A stretch of 64,000 nucleotides of DNA, taken from positions 248,001 through 312,000 of the forward strand of contig JAIVFI010000042.1 in NCBI GenBank assembly GCA_025558095.1. Reading direction: 5' to 3'. The position numbers and the translations under genes were made by a program. Position 1 is the first letter of the stretch. Each line of letters opens with the position of its first letter. The DNA comes from Hyaloraphidium curvatum SAG 235-1. Its lineage: Eukaryota > Fungi > Monoblepharomycota. Below the pieces are notes generated by a model, which had not been told where the DNA came from, did no database searches, and saw nothing but the letters and a program-made list of their open reading frames with translations. Of the stretch, positions 1 to 11,000 are shown piece by piece.

Positions 1-2288
1 CAGTTCGCGAAACAGATCCTGTTCCAGTTCCACAGCGACGTCGACGTGTACTCCGGCACGAACCTCCCCGCGAGATCGGGGTAGAACGGCAGCGAGGTGG
101 CGTCCTGCGTCGCCCTGTTGCTCCAGAAGCCCAGGTTGGTCGCGGCGACGGCCTTGGTGTGCGGGCTGCGGCACCGGTCCGCGCGGCTCTGGGTCACGTT
201 GACCCGGTTGAGGAGCCCCTGGACGGTGATGAAGTCCCCGGCGGCATTCCGGGCGCGGACAAAGTACGTCGCGTGGTTGGCGTTGATGTCCGCCTGGGCG
301 GCCTCGTTGCCGCCGACCACGGTGTCCGTGATCGCCGTTCCCTCCTCGATCTGCACCGACGGGCCGATGAGCACCGCGGCCATCTGCACCCGCGAGAAGG
401 TGGAGTACTCCGCGAGCGCGTTGCGGGGCACGTTGAGCAGGGCCCCGCGGGCGCGGTGGCCGTAGGTGCGGATGCGCTTCGCGACGACGTTGCGGTCGTC
501 GAACGCCGAGCTGGCGAGCCCCGCATCGATGGGGTTACTGGCGAACACGCCCGTGCTGGGCAGCCCGGAATCGAGCACGATGGTCCATGTGTCGGGTGCG
601 ACCTGCTGGGCGGACAGCACGCCCCTGCGGACGCCCGTCGTCTGCAGGTTGTCCTTGTGGAAGAACTCGAGCCTGTCGCCCGGCTTGATTTGGTAGCGCC
701 AAAGCGGCATGTTGGTGATCGTCAGCGTCCGCCGGTCCGGCGAGACCGTGATCGGCGAAAACACCGTCGTCTGGTGGAAGTTGACCGCGTCGTCGCCCTG
801 GTACGCGAAAGTCGAATCCTTGACCATGATGCTCCCCTGCGTCAGCGTCGACCACACCCCGTCCGCGGCCCCCGACATGGGCCTGGGGCTCGTCAAGCCG
901 ACCGGGACGGGCACGTCCACCCTGAGCCTGTCGATCCACACCTGCTTGGAGCCCGAGCCGACCCAGACGGCCTTGCCGGGCACCGAGCGGACGAACACGT
1001 CGCGGAGGATGCAGTTGACGCACAGCCGGAGGCGGAACCCGTGCACCTCGTAGGTGAGGTGCTTGATCATGTAGAGCTCGCCCGGGACGGGGGAGCCGCT
1101 GCCGAAGTTGTTCTTCTGGTTGTCGAACGAGATGGTGAAGGTCGGCCCGATCATCGCGTTGGCGCTCAGGCCGCCGTCGGCGACGGTGAGGTTCTGCACC
1201 GAAAGCATCTTGGCGTCGGGGAAGTCGCCGGCATGGAAGCGGAGCATGCTCCCTTTGGGCGCGCCGATCAGCGGCTCGCCGTTCCTCTGCTGGCGCTTGC
1301 CCAGGCGGCGACGGTTCTCCTGGACCTCGGGCACGAGGTAGAACTCGTACCGACCGCGCACGCCGATGGTGAGGAACTGCGGGTCCACGGGATGCACGGA
1401 TTGGTACGCAAAGATGGTATCCGAGTCGACGACGCCGCCGGGGGTGGGCGGGGAGATGAAGGTGAAGGTCCAGCTGGTCTTGTTCCCCGAGATGGATTGG
1501 GACACGAAGCGCGTGAGCGAGGCGATCCGCCAGCGGTTCCCTGCGGGCCGGCGGAGCGGGGCTGTTAGTCGTCGAACGATGGACGCAGCCGAAGCATCCT
1601 CACAATCCCAATCGACCTGGAAGTTCAGAAAGCGGCAGCGGTAGCAGTTGTTGATGTCGAAGAAGGGCAGCGCCAGGCCGTCCTCGGAAAAGGGCCCTGC
1701 GTCGATAGATGCCCGGGTAAAGAGCAGCAGCGCGCCGTTGCCGACGATGGTAAAGTCGTGCAGCGCCCAGCCAAACTTCAAGTGGGTCAGCTGGTAGGTC
1801 TTGCCCGCGGTGAAGATAACCTCGCACGGCCCCAAGTTGCCCGTGGCGATCTCGTGGCATCGATCCAACATGTTCTGCACGTTCCAGGTGACGTCGCCGC
1901 CGTTGTCCGCGCCCCAGTTCCACGAGTACAGCTTGTAGGTCTTTTGCTTTGCGTTGGGCGGCAGCGGCTCGCGCATCGTCCAGTTGAACCACTGAAAAGT
2001 CGGCTGCGCCTGCCTCTGCTGCAGTCGGCGCGCCGGGTCGCGCAGCTCGGCCCAGTAGTCCGTCTGCGGCACGTCGAGGGGCAGATCGTACTTCGCGACG
2101 TACTTGGGGTCCGACAGCTCGATGCGCGGCGACGAGGGCCGGAAATTGTTCGGCAGCGTGAGATCAGGCGAGGGGCGCGGCCCGCGGCGCGTGGTGCGTG
2201 CGGCGGCGGCGGCGGGGAGGGCCGCGGCGAGGACGCCGAGTGCGATGGTCAGGACGCGGAGTGCGCGCATCGCGGCGGGGGTGCCCAT
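1..2288 (-). CDS. Secreted right-handed beta-helix glycoside hydrolase, GH110 (alpha-1,3-galactosidase)-like; 3' end runs off the window
   Basis: Not in the ORF track because it is open to the window edge. Manual translation: ATG 2288 (or 2270), signal peptide MRALRVLTIALGVLAAALPAAAA, one 63-nt GT-AG intron 1541-1603 with CTAAC branch, motifs GAADGVWS...YQGDDAVNFH and HRARGALLNVPRNALAEYSTF typical of GH110-like beta-helix proteins; >740 aa. Confidence 0.75.
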   Translation of the reverse strand, partial: MGTPAAMRALRVLTIALGVLAAALPAAAAARTTRRGPRPSPDLTLPNNFRPSSPRIELSDPKYVAKYDLPLDVPQTDYWAELRDPARRLQQRQAQPTFQWFNWTMREPLPPNAKQKTYKLYSWNWGADNGGDVTWNVQNMLDRCHEIATGNLGPCEVIFTAGKTYQLTHLKFGWALHDFTIVGNGALLLFTRASIDAGPFSEDGLALPFFDINNCYRCRFLNFQVDWDCEDASAASIVRRLTAPLRRPAGNRWRIASLTRFVSQSISGNKTSWTFTFISPPTPGGVVDSDTIFAYQSVHPVDPQFLTIGVRGRYEFYLVPEVQENRRRLGKRQQRNGEPLIGAPKGSMLRFHAGDFPDAKMLSVQNLTVADGGLSANAMIGPTFTISFDNQKNNFGSGSPVPGELYMIKHLTYEVHGFRLRLCVNCILRDVFVRSVPGKAVWVGSGSKQVWIDRLRVDVPVPVGLTSPRPMSGAADGVWSTLTQGSIMVKDSTFAYQGDDAVNFHQTTVFSPITVSPDRRTLTITNMPLWRYQIKPGDRLEFFHKDNLQTTGVRRGVLSAQQVAPDTWTIVLDSGLPSTGVFASNPIDAGLASSAFDDRNVVAKRIRTYGHRARGALLNVPRNALAEYSTFSRVQMAAVLIGPSVQIEEGTAITDTVVGGNEAAQADINANHATYFVRARNAAGDFITVQGLLNRVNVTQSRADRCRSPHTKAVAATNLGFWSNRATQDATSLPFYPDLAGRFVPEYTSTSLWNWNRICFAN

Positions 2289-2619
2289 CGCGGAGGGGCG
2301 TATCGACCGATGGGTATGGGCACAAGCACCGACGGCGCCCGGCGCTGTTTAGAGCAGTGGCGTCGGGGCAGCGGGGGTTCGGGGGGTCGCCGCTGCGCCG
2401 CAGGTGTTCGAGGCTCCGGGGATCGCCGCGCCAAACCCCACAAGACAGTTGAGCGGCTACGTTCCGCGCAAGACGAGAGGGATTGCGATGCGGATTGCGC
2501 ATCGCGGGACGATCCGATGCGGACCGTGTGCGCGGCGTTATGCGAGCGGGATTGCTGCGAGCTTCGGAGTTGACCGACCGCGCCGGCAGGTGACGTGGCC
2601 CAAGCACCGAGGACGCGCC

Positions 2620-3783
2620 ATGTCCCCAGCGGACGACGAGCCCGAGCAGGGGGCGCCGCCGCGCTTGCTGCCCGAGATCATGCTCTGCATTGCGGCCGCG
2701 TTGAAGCGGGGGCGGGCGCACGCCAGCCTGCTCGCAGTGGCCTGCGCGTCGCGCGAGACGCACGCGCTCGTCGTGCCGGTCCTGCTCCGCTCGCTGTGCC
2801 CGCGGACGTCCTGGTTCCCCTCGTTCGCAAGGCTGCTCACGTCGGAGGGCGAGACCCGCTCGCTGGTGCGGAGCTTGCGGCTCGAGGACAATCGCGTTGG
2901 TCCCGCCGGAGTTGCGACCTGCCTCGCCGCGTTCCGCCGCCTGGAGCACCTCCACCTCTATCTGGATCTGCGAGGCTTGGACGCAGTTGCCGTCTCCTTG
3001 ATCGAGACCTTGGACTGCCTCCGCGCGCTGCGGGTCGAGTGCCAGGACGTTGCTTCTTCTGCCTCGCTGGGGAACCTGCGGTTCCCGGCCAACGTCGAAA
3101 AGCTGGAGCTCGAAGCCATAAACCGCATCGATAACGCGGGAAGCCTCGTGGAAAGGATCGAAGGCTGCCCCAAGTTGTCCACCCTGGTCCTCAAGGTGAA
3201 CTTTGACTTGGGAAGAATGCAAGACGCGATCGCGGGCAGCTCTTCACTCGTTGCCAAGCTGACGCGGCTGCAAGTGCGCCTGCAATCGGTCTTCCATGCT
3301 CTTTTCCGGCACCCCCATCTGAAGCTCGAGCATCTGAGCGTCGTTTGCACCACGGACGACAGTCTCTACACTCCGGAAGGCACCTGGCAGGTGCTCGCCG
3401 CGCTCGCGGGCCTGGACACCTTCAGGATCTTCAACGCTTGCACCACGGACCTTCTTGGAGGGCTGCCGCAATGCCGCACGCTCGTGCTGCTCGACTGCGA
3501 GCCCGATCTGGGGGCGGACCAGGTCGGCTGCATGGAAGCCGCGATCCGCTCGAGGGCCGGCCGCGTGCTCCTGCCGAAGGGATTCTCGGACGATCGGAGC
3601 CGCCCTGGGTCGCACACGGCCGAGGAGCTGGAGATGTGGGCGCGCCTGGCGGCGGATGACGCCTCGAGCGTGCGGTCGTCGGGGCTTTCGGGGTACTCGA
3701 CCGAGAGCGACATGGAAGGTTTCGGGGCAGGCGAGGCGGAGAGCGACTTTGAAGGCGATTTCGACGGGTCTGAGGAAGTGTAG
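2620..3783 (+). CDS. F-box-like / leucine-rich-repeat-like protein, intronless
   Basis: N-terminal RLLPEIMLCIA...LLAVACASRETHALVVPVLLRSL resembles an F-box; repeated LxxLxL units; acidic tail. ATG 2620 preferred over the non-ATG ORF-track start at 2404. Confidence 0.6.
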   Translation: MSPADDEPEQGAPPRLLPEIMLCIAAALKRGRAHASLLAVACASRETHALVVPVLLRSLCPRTSWFPSFARLLTSEGETRSLVRSLRLEDNRVGPAGVATCLAAFRRLEHLHLYLDLRGLDAVAVSLIETLDCLRALRVECQDVASSASLGNLRFPANVEKLELEAINRIDNAGSLVERIEGCPKLSTLVLKVNFDLGRMQDAIAGSSSLVAKLTRLQVRLQSVFHALFRHPHLKLEHLSVVCTTDDSLYTPEGTWQVLAALAGLDTFRIFNACTTDLLGGLPQCRTLVLLDCEPDLGADQVGCMEAAIRSRAGRVLLPKGFSDDRSRPGSHTAEELEMWARLAADDASSVRSSGLSGYSTESDMEGFGAGEAESDFEGDFDGSEEV

Positions 3784-4063
3784 TATAGGCAATTCGCTCA
3801 GAAAAGTAGAAAAGTAGCAGTGTTCGAGGCGGGTGCTCTGGGAGAAAGCCGTTTTGCCGGCGGATTTAGGCGCTTTCAAGGGACGAGGCGGGATAGGGTT
3901 GGTTGGCCATTGCACACTCGTCCCCAGCTTGCGTGTTCCAGCGCGGAACTCAGCGACTCGGCTGTCCGCGATTCGTTCGTTGTCGTAGTTGGCCTGCCCG
4001 GAGGACCGACCCGCGTCGCGTCTGGTCTTTGGGGACCAGGGCAGAGGGGCGGGCTGCTTTGCC

Positions 4064-5917
4064 ATGGGCCTCCTCGACGGGATCCTCTCCCTCCCGCTTC
4101 CTGTCCTCCTGGGACTCGGCGTCGTCGCCTGGTTCGGCTACCTCCTCTGGACGTACCGCGATGGCCGGGCCTACGGCACCCGGCCGCGGCCGGACCTCGT
4201 CCACTCCAAGCACCAGGTTCCTCTGCTGGGCGACATATTGTATGCCCCCAAGATTTTCAACAACCGCCTTGAGAATCTGAAGCGCGAGCACGAGGAATAT
4301 GGAGAAGTCTTCCGCACCACGGCTTTCGTGCCCGGGCTCGGATCCTTCAGCATAATCCACACCGTGAACCCCCAGGACGTGGAGACCGTCCTCCGCGACC
4401 CATGTGAGTCGATCCTTACCGCCTGCTTGGTTGCCTTGTGGCTGCTGACGGTCCTTTACGCTTCCTTTGTAGACCTTTTTGTCAAGGGAGATTTGATCAG
4501 GAGCTTCGCCGGCGACTTCTTCGGGGCCGGGATTTTCGCCTCGGACGGGGCCCGCTGGCATTCGCAGCGGAAGACGGCTAGCCACGTCTTCAACGCCCGC
4601 AACTTTCGGAGCGTCTTCAACGAGGACTTTCTCGGCGAGGTCGACAAGCTCTGCTCCCACCTCGCCCGGGCGGCGGAGCTCGGCGCCTTTGTCGATATGC
4701 AGGACCTTCTCCTGCGCTGCACCTTGGACTCGTTCGGCCGACTCGCGATGGGCGCCCACTTTGGCTGTATCGAAGTCGAGGGCACCGTGGTGGACGGCAA
4801 ATACCGCCTGCCGCCGGTCAAGTACATGCAGGTGGGTTGTCGTTGGCAGCAGAGGGGTCCGCGCTGAAGCTGATTCTCTGTTAAGGCATTCGACTACCTC
4901 AACGTTGTCGTCGCCGGACGCGGGCCAAAAGTGGGCTGGCGGTATCTGGAGAAGATCGACGGGACGGCGCAGAAGATCAAGGAGGCGCGGGCTACCATGT
5001 TCGAGGTCGCCGACAAGATCATCGCCGACAAGCGCGCCAAGATCGCCAAGGGCGAAATCGTCAAGGAGTCTGACAGCGGCCATGCGGATATGCTTGATTT
5101 CTTCGCGGCCACGAAGAACTTTGACGGCGGCGTTCCGGACAACGACGAGCTCCGCGACGTGGTGATGAACCTCCGTGGGTTTGTGCGATCTGCTGCAAGA
5201 TCGCTGCTGACACCGCCTTTAGTGATCGCCGGCCGCGACACCACTGCGCAGACGCTTACATGGAGCTTCTACAACCTCTCCCGTCGCCCCGACATCGTTA
5301 AGAAGTGCCGGGACGAAATTTCCCGCGTCCTTGGGGCGGACCGTGCGCCAGATTACGAATCGCTCAAGGAGCTCAAGTACCTCACCGCCGTCTTCTTCGA
5401 GACGCTGAGGCTGCACTCTAACGTGCCCACGACGACGCTGTTTGCCACCAAGGACACGGTGCTGCAGGGTTCCGGGACCAAGGTCTATGCCGGCGAGGGG
5501 GTCGAGTACTCCTCGTGGGCTATGGGTTACAGGAAGGAGCTCTGGGGACCGGACGCCGAGGAATTCAAGCCGGAGAGGTGGATCGACCCCCTCACTGGGT
5601 CCGTGCGGAAGGAGAACCAGTACAAGTACCCCGTGTTCAAGGGCGGACCGCGGATCTGCCTCGGGCAGAACATGGCTATCCAGGAGGGCGTCACCTTCCT
5701 CGCGCAGGTGCTCCGCGCATTCGATCTGGAGCTCGTCAACGAGGACGAGCCGGCCAAGTGGGGCGTCTGGAACGAGGATCCCGCCAAGCGGGAGGGGCGA
5801 TGTGGGTTGCAGCACGTGCTCTGCTTGGAAGTCGCTGACAATTGGCCGGCTACAGATGACGTTGCCATAACGCTTGGGGCGAGACAGAGTGTCGAGTTTT
5901 TGGTTCGCAAGCTGTGA
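4064..5917 (+). CDS. Cytochrome P450 (CYP52/CYP86-like clan, fatty-acid/alkane hydroxylase-type), 4 introns
   Basis: N-terminal membrane anchor, I-helix IAGRDTTA, ETLR (ExxR), PERW, heme motif FKGGPRICLG; introns at 4404-4472, 4832-4885, 5175-5222 and about 5802-5856. Confidence 0.93.
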
Positions 5918-5985
5918 TTTGCTCCTGTACATATTCGAGCTTCCATTCATGACTACTCAGACCTTTTGCCAACCCCTCCAACGCG

Positions 5986-7798
5986 TCAACGCCCGCTGAG
6001 GTCCAGCAAAGACCCTGTACATGACACCTCACTGATCCCACTGACGGCGACGCCGGTTGATGCGGTGCCCCAATAAAAGTAGATCCATCCCGACTCGGCG
6101 CCGTTGCTGCAGACCAGCCTGAGGCGCAGCGGCATGCCCGTGAGCAAGTCCGTAAAGGCCCGCGAGTCCTGCTCGCAGTTGCGTCGCTGGATGTTGAATC
6201 CAGTCGCGTAGCTGCGGGGCCGCGGTCAGCATGCCGATGCGATCATGCCGGGAGAGTGGGACTTACAACTCCATCTGCTCCATGGGGTGCGTCTGCCATT
6301 CGCTCCTGTGTGCGTTGTACACCTCGAACTTGCCGACCGAATTGCACGCCTGGAAGGGCCTGGCGCGCCGTGCGAGCGAGTAGATCTGCGCGCCGCCCGA
6401 GTTGAGTGGCGCATCGCACGCGCTCGAGTTCCAAACGGGGATGCCGATCTGCAGGTCCGGGCGGCGTGACACGGCGCCGATGTAGAATGCGGGACATTCC
6501 ACGCGAATGGGACGGAGGAGGTTCCGCGAGACGTAGGTGCCGATGGCGCGGCCCATGGCGAGGCCCTTGACGTTGTCGCTCGAGACGTGGATGCCGCCGT
6601 AGATGCGCGACATCCCCGCCTCGTCGGCAGCTGAGGAAAGGCTGGCGAAGGAGCGGGGAGCGATGCCGGGGAAGTCGGTGGGTGCCGTGAAGGGCACATT
6701 GTCGGTGCCGAAAAAGCCGCGGATGGCGTTGGATGCGGCGCCCGAGAAGGTCGAGTGGCCGGAGGTGTAGGCCGGAAACGGAGGTGTGACCAGGAGCGGG
6801 GTCCACGAGGGATCTGCCGGAGGCAGCGCCGGGTTGATCGCGGGATCCGACGTGCGCGCGGCGGTCACGGGTCTGATCGAGTTGAATCGGTACTTTGTCG
6901 TCCAGCACGAGATCCCTGCATCTGCAGTGGCGATGTTTATCAGGGCAAAGAGCCTGGCTTCTTCGAGCTCCGGCAGCGGATTTCCGGCCTGGGAGCGCTG
7001 CTGGACAATGCCAGCCGCAATCGTGTTCCACATTCCCGGGGGCGTCGAGGTCCCGCCTCCCTGGGCCCAGTAGCGCGCAATGTTGGTCTGCTCCGGCGTG
7101 CGCACAGCGGAATTGGCAGCACCGATGCCCATGACCTCGATGAGCTCTTCCGCGTACTGGGGGCTGCTGATGGCAGGCGGCGCCTCGGGCACGGCGAACG
7201 AAGACTCGGGATTCTCGTCGTCAATCTCGGCAGGGACACCGAATGGCGTGACCCGGGGCCACTGTGGCAGCAAAGGAGTCGTGACAAAGGTCGGAGGGGT
7301 GGGCTTCCAGTGCTCGGGACCCGGGACGAGATCGTAGGCGACAACTGCGTCGGAGCCATCGTTCGCACGGAGGGCAACAATCGCAGCCGCAACGGCATCG
7401 CCCCAGCGGATCCCGGCCGAGACGGCGGCGGCGGGCTCGCCATTTGCGCTGATGGCCTGCGCGAAGGTGGCGTTGGTCGTGGAGGCGCTTGCGGGGAAGA
7501 GGGTGTTGAGAACGCCCCGGGCCGCGGCTGCGGCCGCCGCGCCGGGTGCCGCCCCCGCGGCGAGCGACGAGCGGGCAACCGCATAGCTGGAATATCCGGG
7601 AGAAATGCCGTTGACGGCGTCGAACATCGCGACGTGCAGCATCGCCAGTGCGCGCGCGGCGCGGGGCGGGGCGAGCGAGGTGTCGCGGATGCGCTGCAGC
7701 AGCACGGCATTCCAATCCGACGCGGCGCCGGCGTCGGCGGTAGCAAAAAGGGCGCAGAGTGCGGTCGCGAGGGCCGCTAACGCCGCGGCCCGCATCAT
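5986..7798 (-). CDS. Secreted vanadium-dependent haloperoxidase / PAP2-superfamily protein with a Cys-rich C-terminal extension
   Basis: Signal peptide MMRAAALAALATALCALFATADA; vanadate/phosphate-binding motifs KYRFNSIRP (Kx6RP), PAYTSGHS, SRIYGGIHVSSD. The apparent stop at 6263 lies inside a GTAAGT donor; intron 6212-6266 extends the CDS to TGA at 5986. Confidence 0.85.
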
Positions 7799-8000
7799 GG
7801 GGCGCAACCGGGGCAACGGCTTTGTCCCTGGGGACACGGGAGAAGGTCCCTTCGGGCTGTGCCATAGTTCCCGATCCGTCGCCAAACTGTCCCCCGTCCA
7901 ATCGGGCACTTCCGTGCATCAGTTCATTCTGGTATTGCTGTACATCGTTCTGGGTGTGCTCGCCGCAAGCCCGGGTGCTCGAGTATCGTGATCAGCAAGT

Positions 8001-11000
8001 TTAGCGTTCCTCATCCGTCGGGTATTGTTCGCCAGCACGCTGCCGCGCATAGTAGGCCTCCTTGGCCCGGTGGGTATCGTCCGCTTTCTCGACCAGCTCC
8101 AGCAGGTCCTGCATCAAGCAAACCGGTGAGCTCGAGGCACGCTCCGGCAACTGCCGCCTGAAAAGCCCACCTCGATCATCCGCGTCCTGTCCCACTCGAT
8201 CCTCCTGGCGTTGATGGCCGCGCTCATCTCGGCCGAAAGCACCTCGAGCTCGTCGACGGCAAAGCCCTCGGTGCGATCCAGCAGGTCCGCCCGGAACCGC
8301 TCCAGCAGGACGAGGTCCACGATCAGCGTTGACGTCGGCGCCGAAGTGGTCGCCAGTTCCGAGTCCGAAACTGCGCCGGCTTCCTCTTCCGCTGGTTCTG
8401 CAGCACATGGAGGCAAGCGTTATGCGCATGCCTTGGACTGGCACGAGGAAAGACTCACCATCGATGCGATCGCCGGCACCGTCTACGCCCTGTTCGGCAA
8501 AGATCCTCTCCGCTAGGCCTTCCACCGGGCCCTCGCCCGGGCCTTCCGCCGATCCCGCGGCCCCTTCCTCCTCGATGACCTCCCCGGCGTTGTAGAACTG
8601 CGTCTCGGGAGGGTCCTCGACCTCCATGTCCGACGTGGGCCGGGCCTCGGGCTCCTCGCGCTCCTCGGCCGCCGGCGGTGCCTCCGCGGGGCGCTCGACG
8701 AGCTCGTCCGCGCTGTCGGCCACGGCCTCCTCCTCCTCCGGCCTCGCGGCTGGCTCCTCCTCCGCCTTGTCCCCCTCCTGCGCTGCCTCCTCGTCGCCGT
8801 CCTCGCCCGTGAGGTCGACTTGCTCGGCCCCCCTGAGGCGCCTGCTCGCCTTCCTGGCCTTTTCGCGCTCCCGCCTCCCGCGCTCGCGGCGCTCCCTCTC
8901 CTCTGGCTTCTCGGCCGCCGCCAGCCGCACGGCCGTCGACTCGCACTCGGCCAGGAGCTCTCCGTTCATGTTCCAGACCATGTTCTGCGCGAGGTCGAGC
9001 ATGTCGTTGGCCTGTGATGGAACAAGGTCAAGGGATCTTCATGGCGGCTTGCAGACGCGGCAGCTACCCACCCGTGTAGCCACATCGAGCGCCTCGCGCT
9101 TGGAAAGCCCCTTCGCGGCCGCGTAGATGTCCCAGTTGTCCACCATGAGCCTGAAGTCGTCGAGCCACTCTTCGGGCCTGGCGTACTCCCCCGCGTTGAT
9201 CTTTTCGAACACCACGAGCAGGTTCATCGGCCTCGAGATGCCCTCGACCACGTCCTCGATCGGGTCCAGGGGGCGCGAAAAGTCCTTGAACTGCCGCTCC
9301 TTGGCGATCTCCTGCGTCATGGCGCGCAGCTCACGACGGAGCTCGGAGAGGATGAAGGCGTCGTGCCGCGCGATCTGGCTGCGCTCGTCGCGGGTGAGCT
9401 CCCGCGGCGGGGGCGGAGGGGCCAGCGGCAGGGCCTCGGCGCGGCGCTGCGGGCGGGAGATGGCAGGGACCAGGCCCAGGAGCGTCGAGTCGAGTGCGCG
9501 GATGGGGAAGGCCTTGGGCGGCGGCGGCCGGGTGACCTCCTGGATCAGCTCAGCAAAGTAGGCCTGCCGTGCGTGCTGAATGGAACGAGAGATGGTCAGC
9601 GCCTGCCAAAACCGCCCCCAAGTCAGTTGGCTTACCGCGTCCGGCGGCCCGATCGCCACCACGCCCCTGTGCTCCTTGGCCCCTGGCCACACGCCAAACA
9701 CCCTTCCCAGCAGCTCCTCCGGCAGGTCGCCCAGCTCGCCCTCGGCGGTCGCCACCAGCACCACGGGGTCGTGCGGGTCCACCGCGGTCCCGAGGAGGTC
9801 CACGAACGCCGTCCGCGCCAGCGGCGACAGCGCCGCCCACCACGAGCCCACGTTGGGGACATACGCGACGGAAGGCTTCTGCCGGCGGAGCTCGTGGAAG
9901 TACTGCGCCAACGCCGCCTCGGGAGTCTGGCGATCGCGCATGCGTCAGCGCGAGCGCCAAAACGGTGCCCCCAGCGATCGGCCCCACCCTGCCCGGATCG
10001 GAAACCAGCGTCGCCAGATCCAGCGCCTGCACAAAGAACCGGTACCCCTCCAGCCTCTCGAGCACCGCCGGCCCGACGTAGGTCCCCGCGCCCATCCCCG
10101 GCTTGCCGCACAGCAGCACCCTAGGCCGCAGCGCCTGGCGGTAGGTCAGATGCGGCAGCGAGTAGGACGAGGCGCCGTAGGGGAACCGGCCCTCGTGGGT
10201 CAGCGAGGCCGGGGCGTGCTCGGGCCAGTGGATGTCGCGCTCGCGCGCCGAAGGGGGGAAGGACCGCGCGATCCAGTCCGCGCGGCGCTCCTTGGTGCCG
10301 ATCGGGAGGATGCGGTCGAGGAGGGAGAGGGCAGAGTCGACGGCGGGGCGGAGGAGGGGCTCCAGCGGGGTGGGCAGGGGGCGCGCGGCGGCGGCAGAGT
10401 GGCGGTGGGTCGAAGGCACGATCGCTGCACGGGAGGGCGCGAATCAGCCTACAACCATGCGACCGATTGACTGCGCAACCCCACCCTTCATGCTCTCCAT
10501 GAAATCGTCCATCCCCACCTCGACCGCCGCCGGGTCGATGAGCAGCTTCTCCCCGCTCTCGTAGATCTGCGGCCACCTCCCCCTGAGCGCGCCCAGCGCC
10601 GCCTCGGTGCACAGCGCGCGCACGTCGGCGCCGGCATACCCCTGCGTCGCCAGCGCCAGGCGCTCCCGGACGTCCTCGGGCAGCGGCGGGTTCCAGGAGC
10701 GCGTGGCGGCGTCGATGATCTTGCGCCGCGCGGGGGCCGAGGGGAGGGGGAAGTAGAACTCGCGGTCGAAGCGGCCGGGGCGGCGCAGGGCGGGGTCGAT
10801 GGCGTCGATGCGGTTGGTGGCGCCGATCACGACCACCTGGCCTGTGGGGGCAACGCACTCCGATTGGCTGATGGCAATGCGCCAGTCGAGGCGCGCACCC
10901 ACCCCTGTTGTCCAGCCCGTCCATGAGCGCCAGCAGCGTCGACACGATCGAGCTGTGCACCTGGTCCTGCTTGGCGCTCCGCACGGGCGCCAGCCCGTCG

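Noticed and set aside
159-1568. 469-aa plus-strand ORF and the many other long overlapping ORFs across the window
   Set aside because: Antisense or alternate-frame shadows of GC-rich genes; low-complexity Arg/Ala/Gly composition, and the real gene is on the other strand or frame.
3799-3818. AGAAAAGT tandem duplication
   Set aside because: Two copies only, in a 3' UTR/intergenic region; no evidence of function.
4404-4472. In-frame stop-free introns (also 5175-5222, 36461-36505, 50209-50262) as regulated retention
   Set aside because: Expected by chance for short introns in a GC-rich, stop-poor genome; nothing in the sequence supports regulation.
1-7798. Bacterial contamination or chimeric contig as the explanation for bacterial-like genes
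   Set aside because: Both the GH110-like and haloperoxidase genes contain spliceosomal introns of the local type and flank an intron-containing eukaryotic P450.
9039-9330. Yta7 bromodomain lacking the canonical Tyr/Asn acetyl-lysine residues
   Set aside because: Non-canonical bromodomains are already known for fungal Yta7-type proteins.
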